From positions 6,262,001 through 6,326,000 of the forward strand of contig JANJGN010000024.1 in the NCBI GenBank assembly GCA_026770705.1: a stretch of DNA of 64,000 nt. Direction: 5' to 3'. Source of the DNA: Isurus oxyrinchus. Taxonomy: Eukaryota. Positions 12,050 to 22,038 of this stretch are shown here, piece by piece. A model generated the notes under the pieces. The model saw only the letters and a program-made list of their open reading frames with translations, ran no database searches and was not told the origin of the DNA. Both the position numbers and the translations under genes were made by a program. Each line of letters begins with the position of its first letter. The first letter of the stretch is position 1.

Positions 12050-14030
12050 AAGTGTCGTCATTGGCTGTCCCTTGATTCGAAGATGATGTCTACTCTGGGG
12101 CCAGTTTCTGCCATGGGTCTTCATGTGACTGAACAGGCCAATGCTCAACCCACAGATCTTTTGGGCACATGGGGCAGAATGTCCCATGAGTGGTGGGATC
12201 CAGATTTGTTTCCTGTTTTTTTTCCCTTCTCTGCTGCTGTTCTGCCTCATCACTGAGATATTGTGACTCAAAATGTGATGCAGTTGATGGACAAGTTGTC
12301 ACCATTTTGAACGATTGGTACCAAACTCCCCCCCAATCATTAGTGTCAATGTTTCCATGCTTCAAGGAGAGCTTCAGAGTGTCTTTGAAATGTTTTCTTT
12401 TTCCTCCCCTGGAACATTGGCCATCTGAGTGTTGGGAAAACAGGACCTGGTGGGTGGGATTCTTTCAGCCATCTGCACACAGCGCCCACTTCAACCAAAT
12501 TGATTTTGCAGCAGTTTTGCCTAATGCTTACAGAGCTGGATTCAAAAAGCCACTGACATTTGTTCAACAGTCCTCCCACTGAATCCAAAGGGTGCGGCAG
12601 AGGTACTGGTGATAGAATTTCTCTGCTGCCTTTAGATATTAGTAACACACTGTCCCGTATTGTGGTGATGATAATTGCTCTGTACTCTAGAACTTCTGTT
12701 GACTCGCGGAGTTCTTTGTTGTCAAACACTCACTGCAATAGCTTGTAGAAGGCTGAGCTGGCACAGCTGATCCAGTGTTAGATCTCCTCATCAATGGTGG
12801 CCTTTTGACAGAGGTGGCCGCCAAAGTATGGGAAGTGCTCAACATATTCCAGCGTCCTTCAACACATATGGAAAGTGAAATATTTAGCTGACCAAATACG
12901 GGATGATATGAATTTTATTTTGGCAACATTCAAGGACAGGCTGAATTTCTTGTATGCAGGGTTGAAGAGATTGAGAGTAGCTTGCAAATCTGGTGTAGAC
13001 TGGGCAATGACACTGCAGTCATCTACAAATTAGTGATCATGTATGTTTATGGTGGTCAGTTTAGTTTGGCACGGAGGTAGCTGAGGTTAAAGAGCTTTCT
13101 ATCTAGGCGGTATTTCATATTGACACCAAAGTGCAGTTGATATTTGATGAAGTAAATTGTATTATAAAGCCATGCTTATATCATGCGTTTATTGGGTTGA
13201 AAACATTGGTTGAGTTCTAAAAGGACTGAACAATAGCACAACAGTGGCTTAAAATAGCAGTTTCTAAGATGGCTGAATATTTGCATATTTGTACCTTACA
13301 AATTCCAAAACAATTAAAATTGAGTCAGGATATCAAGCAAAACATATCAAAGACAATCACCTTGGATGAATGTGAATGACCCCATCTTCTGAACTAGTCA
13401 TAAAATACCCAATCACCTATGTATACAACTGAGTATGAAACAATCACTTTGGACCATGGACTCTGGCTGAAAAAGGAACTCATCCAGTCATAGCCTAATC
13501 ATGTCTAAATAATGGGCTATGACCATGTTTGGATAACTGGTTAGTTGGTGAGAGGGGATCACGTAATGAACCAACTAACCTTATTTTGTTGTGGTCAGAT
13601 GAGGAGTGGGAAAAGAGGGGAGCCGTTCTATCCCTCCTTACCTGTTCAAAACAGTAGCCGCTGATAGATAGATTGCAAATATTATGGGAACTATTCCACA
13701 TCCTTGCTTGACCCTGGTGCAGATTTTGAAGGTATCTATTTCAGGTCTCCTACTCAAGACAGTTCCAGCCATATCACCATGTAGAAATTGCAGGGTTGTG
13801 ATGAAGCTTCTTGGGCATCCAAATCTTTGGAACACAATCCACAGAGCCTTGCGACTTACTGAGACAACCGGCTGTTGAATGCAATGAAGTATTCCTGGTG
13901 TTCTCAGTATTTCACTTGGATTTGCCTGGCAACGAGGTTTCATTCTGGGGAAAAAGCAAACCAGAATGGCTAGCTTTTTGTTTGGGAGACCGAGATAAAG
14001 TGCGGTCCAAAATTGGCAGCACAGGCAAAA
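12050..14030 (-). mobile_element. RTE-clade LINE RT/3' fragment, interrupted at about 13154-13643
   Basis: VSRKALWIVFQRFGCPRSFITTLQFLHGDM and RVKQGCGIVPIIFAIY, with C-terminal CAQKICGLSIGLFSHMKTH. Confidence 0.85.
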
Positions 14031-14059
14031 AACAAAAGTAGGAGTAAAGAAAGCAGCAG

Positions 14060-14378
14060 AACACTTAGACAGCACTTTCCAAACCCACGATCTAGAAGGA
14101 CAAGGGCAGCAGACACATGGGCACACCACCACCTGGAAGTCTTCCTCCAAGCCACTCACCATCCTGACTGGGGAATATATCACCTTTCCTTCACTGTTGC
14201 TGGGTCAAAATCCTGGAACTTCCTCTACAACAGCACTGTGGGTGTGCCTATGCCACATGGACTGCAGCGGCTCAAGAAAGCAGCTCACCACCACTTTCTC
14301 GAGGGCCATCAGGATGGGCAATAAATGTTGGCCTAGCCAGCAGCACCCACACCCCATGAGTGAATGGAAAAAAAAATT
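14060..14378 (+). mobile_element. CR1/L2-group LINE 3' fragment (family sharing its tail with the SINE at 14746)
   Basis: LRQHFPNP..RRTRAA..SFTVAGSKSWN..FKKAAHH-type C-terminus. Tail GGGCAATAAATGTTGGCCTAGCCAG..CCCATGAGTGAAT. Confidence 0.8.
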
Positions 14379-14661
14379 CTCTCATAGGCATAAGCGTATA
14401 GAGGTAATGATAAATTTGTAGGAAATATTGGTTAGAACACAGCTGGAGGCCACAGAGCATTAAGTCCATAGCATTGCTTGACCAGGGTGATGCCTGGGGT
14501 GGGAAAGTATATTGCTAAGAAAAAATAAGAATCTATTTCTGTAGGGAATTTCATAGAAGTCTTAAAATATAAAAATAATTATTATTGAATCTAGGAATTA
14601 ATTGTATAGATATAGATAATTATAGATAAAATTACAGATGAAGTGAACTACTGTGATGCAC

Positions 14662-15226
14662 TAAGATGAAAGCAAAATACTGTGGATGCTAGAAATCTGA
14701 AATAAAAACAAAAATTGCTGGAAAAACTCAGCCGGTCTGACAGCGGAGGAGGCGGTGCTGTAGTGGTATTGTCACTGGACTCGTAATCCAGAGACCCAGG
14801 GTAAAGCTCTGGGGACCTGGGTTCAATAGAAATCTGGAAATAGAAGTCTAATGATGACTATGTAACCATTGGCAATTGTTGTACAAACCCATCAAGTTCA
14901 CTAGTGCCTCTTTAGGGAAGGAAATCCGACGTCCTTACCTGGTCTGGCCTACATGTGACTCCAGACCCACAGCAATGCGGTTGACTCTTAAATGCCCTCT
15001 GAACAAGGGTAATTAGGGATGGGCAATAAATGCTGGCCTAGCCAGTGATGCCTACGTTCCATGAATGAATTTACAAAAGGCATGTGTGGAGAGAGAAACA
15101 GAGATAACATTTCGAGTCTGTGTGAAGAGGAGTCATACGGGCTCTGAATGTTAACTCTGTCTTTCTCTCCACAGATGCTGCCAGACCTACTGAGCTTTTC
15201 CAGCACTTTTTTAATTTTGCTTTTAT
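14662..15226. mobile_element. Fold-back Penelope-like terminus insertion split by a SINE
   Basis: The left arm (14665-14744 plus 15080-15118) is inverted relative to 15120-15222. Degenerate flanking direct repeat TACTGTGATGCACT / TACTGTGGCTCACT. Confidence 0.65.
14746..15079 (+). mobile_element. tRNA-derived SINE with LINE-derived tail
   Basis: A box GTGCTGTAGTGG, B box GGGTTCAAT, and a 3' tail AATTAGGGATGGGCAATAAATGCTGGCCTAGCCAG matching the LINE tails at about 14310, 32222 and 45993. Confidence 0.8.
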
Positions 15227-15646
15227 TACTGTGGCTCACTCATTCACTAAAAACTCTCCCATCACAAAGAAGTTGGGTGCCTCTGATGCAACCTTTGCCC
15301 TTGGCTAATTATATTCAATTTCGTATTAATCCAGTCCAATTTTCCAGGGAAACTTTCACATGTTCACCATGCAGCTCCCTTCCAATGCTTCCTATAGTAT
15401 CTAAAGTTAAGGACACTGCATATAATTCTCAAATTACCATCATGTTGAATGTTTTGGGCTAATGCATGATTGCTAAAGTATTTTCTGGCATGGCTGTTCC
15501 TGCTCTGTTTCTTACATAGCTCTTGAACCTGGCTTTTGAATGCTTTAGTGACTCATTTAACATTGCTTTGGACATCACCAGAGCCACCACGCACACTTGC
15601 AAGTAAATTATTTTCATATGCTTCACACCAAAGGTAGGATTATGGC

Positions 15647-15814
15647 CTTATTTCACCTCTCTTCTATTTTTACTTAGTTCTGTTGAAGGGTCATTCGGAC
15701 TGGAAACATTAACTGTGTTCCTCTCCTCAGATGCTGTCAGACCTGCTGAGTTTTTCCAGGTATTTTTATTTTTGTTTTGGATTTCCAGCATCCGCAGTTT
15801 TTTTGCTTTTATCA
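15647..15814 (+). mobile_element. Penelope-like terminus with minimal hammerhead motif and about 12-bp TSD
   Basis: AGTT-CTGTTGA-A-GGGTC..GACT-GGAAAC-ATT-AACT. Flanked by TAGGATTATGGC (15635) and TAAGATTATGGC (15815). Confidence 0.7.
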
Positions 15815-16099
15815 TAAGATTATGGCTGTTTTGCTTTAATCTGAAATCACTCAGTGCTATAGCTGATAGCTTTAATGTTTCATTAACTTGTGTTCTTCAT
15901 GGAAATGGCCTCTATCTCACTCTGTCTGTTTATTCTTCTTATCAATTACATTCTCTAATCATTATCCAAATCTATCCACTCTTTTACCGATCATTCTACC
16001 CACATTCAGTAGTTTCATTTTTCACCTGCCTTTGGTGCACTGATAGGATTATTATATCTTGGTCAGGGTCATGTTCTATGATGGGGCAACGAAAACCTT

Positions 16100-16883
16100 G
16101 GGCTAAATATTACAGGGGGACAGACGGCTCACTCCTTGCCGCACCACCACGCTACCCCCCACCCTCTCCCCCCGGAGGAAAGTTGGCATGGAGCCAACTC
16201 GCTCCATGCTTGCCCACCCCACAGCCATAATGCACCGCAGGCAGACTAAACAAGAGCTGAGAGGGACTTCAGCCCATCACTGTGGAGGAGGTCCCACCCT
16301 TAGCCTCTGCTGGCCAATCCGATTGGCCGACAGTTCCGTCAGTCCCAGCAATGCTAAGATCGCATTAGTGGGCACTGCCAGGGCTGCAGGAGGAGGAGGA
16401 GGAAAAAGGCCCATGGATCCCCAGAAACAGATAAGTCCGGGGCTTTGGGCACGGTTTGAACAGGTCGGGGAGCCAATAGGGGGATGGGGTTGGGGGGGGT
16501 GGGGTAGGTCTCAGGCTGTGGACGGAAAATAGAAACGGGTTCTATCATAGGGGGGTTGCCCCCAGATCGACAAAGAGCAGTCCCCAAAGATAGAACCCAG
16601 CTTCCTTCCCACCTTTGAAGAGATTATTTTAAAAATCAGGCTGCCCACTCCTGCCAAAATGCCCAAAGCAAACATTTTATGGCACGGGCAGTACATTATC
16701 AGGGTCCAGTGGCTTGGTAACAAGCCTAACTGACCCCTGATTATCTCTTCCAATATGGTGGGTGAGCTGCTGACCCACCCTCTGCATTATGGGAAAGAGC
16801 TCCGGGGTGAGTGGGAAGGTGGTGGTCTGGGAACCTGTCCCTCACCAAAAACACGCCCGGCAGGGGCATGTAAAACGCAGCCC
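16100..16883. mobile_element. Harbinger-type MITE (family B)
   Basis: TIRs GGGCTAAATATTACA / TGTAAAACGCAGCCC. GC-rich, no coding capacity. Confidence 0.65.
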
Positions 16884-17247
16884 CTGGTTTTCCATAAAGC
16901 TATAATCCACTGCATAAAAACAGGCCAACTGGTGTCTGCCAGCATCAATAGCACACATGAGCCTCCTCCCATTCATCTTCATCTAAACTTAGCAGCTCCT
17001 TCAGAACTTCAAAATGCAGCTTCTCTATATCTCTGTTGTGGTTTATGCCCTCAGAGCTATGGAGAGATGTGCTCCGGTTTCTATGTCTGCAGCAGGAGTT
17101 TATTTACAGTGCTTTTAAAATGTCTACTCCTGTATTGTAGTTTTCTTTATCTGAGTCACCACACACAGGCTTAACTCATCATACACAGTGAGCAGTCAAC
17201 AGACACACATAATCAAACACCAAGCGGTCGAACAATTGGAAACTACA

Positions 17248-17760
17248 GGGCTGAATTTTTCAGTCGGCGAGCAGCGGGCGGGGCCCACTCGCCAAGGGGA
17301 AAATGACACGGGGTGATGTTGGGGGGAACCTCACACATCATCCTGCCCCATTTAAACCTTCAGGAAGGAGGAGGGAAGGTGCGATCAGCTGTCTGCCCAC
17401 CAACCTGTCAATGGCCATTTGAGGCCATTGGCAGGATAATTATAACAATTAAAGGCCCTGCCCGTCCAAACTTAAGGCTGGCGGGCAGGCCAGGGGCCCC
17501 AGCGGGCTTCTGAAAAAACTTGAAATCTCAGCCACCGGCGGGATGAGGTTTCATGTCTGTTTTAAAAAAGTTTAAGAAAGTTTTTGTGCCATTTGTTAAC
17601 ATGTCCCATCTCATGTGACATTGTCACATGAGGGGGACATGTTAATGATTTTTTTTATTTTTCCATTTTTAGAGCTTTAAAAACTTTCAGCAATCTCCCT
17701 GAGGCAGCACTTAGCCTCAGGGAGATATGTGCTCTTTCGTGCCCATGTGTGAAGGAGCCA
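17248..17760. mobile_element. Harbinger-type MITE (family A), right end lost
   Basis: Starts GGGCTGAATTTTT, is colinear with 2382-2890, and abuts the truncated LTR. Confidence 0.8.
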
Positions 17761-17761
17761 A

Positions 17762-18591
17762 TTGGTCTCACTGCACTCTGTCTTTCACATGAGGCTTTCC
17801 AATCTCCACTTTCCAAGAACTTGTCTTGGAACCGGCTCCAAAATTATGCTTTCTCTCAGACACATTCCGGCAGGGGTTGACCTCCAGGATTTCAAACTCT
17901 CCTTGTGATGTTCCTCTTCCCTGGGTCGCCACATGCATTCAAGCTGTCTTCCACACACACTCTCTCACCGACTCAGCCATTTACATTACCACTGCTTCAC
18001 ATGCCCATAGCAAAGAGTTACAGACCTTCAGTTGCCTGTTTGGATCTTCTTGACTTTTGCAAGCTGTTCTCACTTTAAATCTGCTTTCTGCAGCTTTTGT
18101 CTCTTTAAATCTGAAGCTTGGAGTCTTGCTCTCTGCCCCTCACTCTTAACTTCACCTAACAGGACCTTTTCCCAAGTTCCATGTCCTTCCTTTTGAATAG
18201 AAGGTCTGCTTTGGACTTTCCCCTCTTCTACTCCTGCTGGGTGTTTGGGGTTTTTCCTTAGCTTAGGCCTGGCTATCTCTTCCTCTTGAACCAATCTCTC
18301 TCGGGCAGCTACTTTCAACCAGCTTTAGCTTGGAGCTGGCTATCTGCCCCTTCTAAGCTGCTCCTCTGGCCGCTATCTTCAAAATCAGCTGAACTCCAAC
18401 AGCTTCCAAAAAAAACTGCTGTTTCTCTTCTTCTGTGTGTGTGTCTGTAGGAGGGACCTGCCTCTCTGTCCCCTTATTGCTAGGCAGCAGTCCAATTCTT
18501 TTACTCCTGTTTGTTTAAGTTCCTAAGTCATAAAGTCTCATTAGAAATGCAAGCACCTTTTCAAAGTGAAACTAAAATTTCATTTGACCTT
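17762..18591 (-). repeat. 3' LTR (truncated at both ends)
   Basis: Aligns by eye to 22462-23213, e.g. GCTGTTCTCACTTTAAATCTGCTTTCTGCAGCTTT and TAGAAATGCAAGCACCTTTT. Confidence 0.85.
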
Positions 18592-19589
18592 GGAGGAAAG
18601 AAAGCTTCATAACAGTGAAGGTTTTTTTGCAATTGCCCTATATCCACCTTACACAAACTTAACATTATAAACCTTTACCAATTACAACTTATTACATACT
18701 ATACAAATAAATTTTCCATTCCGTTTCACAACTACACATCATATCGTACAATTGCAAAAACATATTTAAGTAAAGTCAATGAATGTACCAAAATTAGCAG
18801 AATTTGCACATCATAGTATTATCATAACTCAACTCTTATGTTTCTTTTTCCTTTTACTCCCAGTCTTTAACTCAGCAAAGAATGGTTCATTTAATTCCAC
18901 AGCTGAATTGTCATTTTCATTCACTAGAGGCGTAATTCCCTCCTCAAGCTCATTTTCCAAACTTAAGTGTGGTAAATTCTCATTTTGATTTACAAAGTCA
19001 AATGATATTTTTGTGCATTAACATCTCATTTCTTCTCTGATCAAAATCTCTTTTTGCCACTTGAAGAATGTTATAGAGATGTTTTCTTATGTTCACACAA
19101 AAGTATTTCATACTCCTGCTTGGTTTGATCTTTAAACTTTTTATGGTATTGTTATTTTTTCAGATCCCATTTCAAACAATGTTTTTCCACTTCATTTTGA
19201 GCAATGTCAATTATATTCTCCCTGTGGAGGTTTGTTCCAATCCTTCAATTATTTTACACAATCCACAGACTATATCATTCGACTCCTTTCCAGGTTTTAG
19301 ATTGTCTTTTGCAACCTGCTCACTTACCTGGTTTCCAATAGCTGTATTTTGTATATTAGCACCAGCAATCACTTGTAAATCAGAGTACCTGGCCATTGAC
19401 TTTTCCAGGCCATTTTGCAGTTTCAGTCATTTTTGTTGGCAACTCTTGATTTCAAGTTCTACATGCATTTTAGTTGTTTTCATATTGTCCATTACTGAGG
19501 TTTATATATCAGTTATTTTACTTGGATCAGTTCTTTGCACAATTGGACTACAATTCAGCAAAGAATTTTTATTCACAGGAACCACTTTG

Positions 19590-20040
19590 GAACTTTGGCA
19601 CTCAATACCACACACCTTCTCTTCCTTTTTGTCCAATTTGCTTTGGAGTTAAAGGATCTCATTGCTCTTTTCACAAAGAAGCTCTAACAGTTTGCTGGTT
19701 TTGCTTTTTATTTCTGCATGCAGCCAAGTATTCTGATTTACCAACAATTCCTTTTCCTGTTCAAGACATTTTCCATGATATTTCATAGCAACATCTGATG
19801 CTTGAAGTTCATCAAGTTTTAACTGAAGTTTGACTTTTGTTAAGTTTGCATCTACAAGCTTATCATTTAGACATTTCCCCAAGTCCCCAGTCAAGTGTTC
19901 TACTTTCTATGACTGATTCTCCATTGATCTTATCAATTTTCTTCTTTCGTTAGCAAACTCTTCTTTCATACTTGGAAGTTGATTTTCTACGTTAATCAGG
20001 TTTTCCTTCAATTGCTTGTTATCTGCAATAAATGTTTCAA
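19590..20040 (-). pseudogene. TPR: Intronless fragment of nucleoprotein TPR N-terminal coiled coil, captured in the LTR element
   Basis: Translation [116 protein letters not shown] matches vertebrate TPR as I recall it ([117 protein letters not shown]). Confidence 0.9.
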
Positions 20041-20059
20041 TTTTGGCCACAGTGGATTC

Positions 20060-20420
20060 TGAAGTTGGTTAAGATCAGCATAATCAACCACCCGCTGCAA
20101 TACAGTCATTGCCATATCACTGTCTCCACTAACCAAATCATTACCCAGAATAAAATCCACCCCGTCAATTGGTGATTTAGGAATAATTCCCACCATAACA
20201 ATTCCATTTAAAAAGTGAATTTGTAAGTTAACTTTACACAAAGAAACAGGTTCATCAATTCCATTAATACTTCTTATCAATACTTTTTCTTTCATAAAAC
20301 TACATGGAACATAAATTGTATCATCAGCCACCATCAATGATTGATATGCCCCTGAATCTCCCAAAATTTTGATCTGTTAGCTATTTTCTTGGAGGAGTAA
20401 GATAATTCTTCTCTCTTCGA
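20060..20420 (-). pseudogene. Retrotransposon aspartic protease
   Basis: ILGDSGAYQSLM active site and C-terminal VGIIPKSPIDGVDFILGNDL (ORF 20008-20364). Confidence 0.85.
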
Positions 20421-21859
20421 CACAAAAGATCCAGAGCCTTTGTTAGCCTGACTTCCTTCACCAGTAATCAAAGAAGAATACTTTAGACTATCCTGAACCA
20501 TATTCCCCTTTCCTGTATGTTCTGAGGGAGCACGTTTCACCTGTGCTACTGCTACAGTTTTAACAGCCATTTCCTTTTCTGATGCAACCTTTCCTGAGGA
20601 TTCCTTCAGTGCTCCTACTACTGCAATAGATCTATCATTTAATCTCCAGCAATCTGCCCTAACATGTCCCATCTTGTTACAATGAAAACACTTAGGTTTT
20701 CAAATCTCACTTCCACCCTCAGTACCTTCCTACCTGGCCTGGGAGAAATTTCCTGAGAATTCCCAACTGTCCTTTCTCTTCTCTGACTGCTTGTCTTCCT
20801 TTCACCTTCCCATCTTCTAACCTCCTCTGGTTTATGGGGATGACAGAAGAAGGGTTTAGATTTATGGACCAGTTCATAACCGTCAACCATCTCTGCTGCC
20901 TGTTTAACCATTTTGACCCTCTGGTCTTCAACATGGGCTCTAACTATAAGAGGAAAGAATCTTTAAATTCTTCCACGAGAATTATTTCCCTAAGAGCTTC
21001 ATATACCTTTATTGTCCTTATCTAACAGTCAAAACCACTTTGCTTTACCCTTTCAAACTCAATATAGGTCTGCCCAGGCTGTTTCCTTATATTTTGAAAT
21101 TTCTTCCTGCATGCCTGAGGGACTGACTCATGTACACTTAGAATAGTCTTTTTTACTGCATCATAATCCACTGATACCTCTTCTGAAAGTGAAGTGTAAA
21201 CCTTATGATCTCTACCTACCAACCTAGACTGTAAATGTAATGTCCAGATTTATTTTTACCACTTCATTTATCTAGCCACCTTTTCAAATGAGATAAAGAA
21301 TGCTTCTACATCCCTTCCCTCAAACTTTGGAAGAGATTGCACAAACTTTAACATCTCCCTACTAGGCTTTAGCTTGATGGGTTTTTCATCAACTTTCCTC
21401 AATATCTGAGATCTCTTTTTTAAGGTTCAGCTTTTTAAGCTGGTTTTCCCATTCTCTTTTCTTGTCTCTTTCCTCCATTGCTAACATCTCCCTCTGAAGG
21501 TTGAGATTTTGCATTTCCATTTCTCTTTGAAATATTCTCTCCTTTCCCTTACTTTTTCTTTTGCCTCTAATTCAAGTTTTTTCAGTTTCTTTGCTTGTTC
21601 ACATTCGAGCTTCTTCACCCGTATCTGAAGTCTCACTACCTCCAGCTGTGACTCACTCCCTGGAGAAAATTATCTCTCTAAAATCCCTTCCAGCTTTAAA
21701 TGCTGTGCTATTATCTCAACTGTGTCTGCTTTCCTCACCCCTTAGGCTAATCTAACTCCAGCTTATCTGCCAATTCAGCTAAGTCTTGGTTACTTTCTGT
21801 AAACCATTCAGGGTTACATTTTCCATCTGTAAAATAGCCTTAGAAACCTCCAAAGCCAT
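20420..21859 (-). pseudogene. Gag (capsid with SCAN-like CTD and CCHC zinc knuckle), disrupted
   Basis: ATG at 21859 (MALEVSK). Contains LPKFEGRDVEAFFISFEKVA, DYDAVKKTIL..VPQACRKKFQNIRKQPGQTY, EALREIILVEEFK, and CFHCNKMGHVRADC at about 20649-20690. Confidence 0.85.
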
Positions 21860-22017
21860 TTTGAATTCTAACTGGTATAATATATCTCACAGCAACTCCA
21901 ATTCTTATGTCCAGTACCTCTTTACCACTACATACTTGTTTTAGAAAGATTCACAGATCCTACCAATCCTAGCCCAATTATTATTCCGCATCCAATCACC
22001 TGCTGTCCGTGTTTCAA

Positions 22018-22035
22018 ATCCCGCAAGAGCCCCCA
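22018..22035 (-). promoter_or_regulatory. Primer-binding site complementary to tRNA-Pro
   Basis: Minus strand TGGGGGCTCTTGCGGGAT versus canonical TGGGGGCTCGTCCGGGAT (2 mismatches), 3 nt after the LTR-terminal ..GTAACA. Confidence 0.85.
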
Positions 22036-22038
22036 CTT

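Noticed and set aside
19089-19652. 187-aa hydrophobic plus-strand ORF (env- or membrane-like)
   Set aside because: It is the antisense shadow of the A-rich coiled-coil frame and has no signal peptide, furin or fusion motifs.
19590-20040. Exon of the genuine host TPR gene
   Set aside because: It has in-frame stops and no splice sites, spans several expected exons, and lies between a protease and an LTR.
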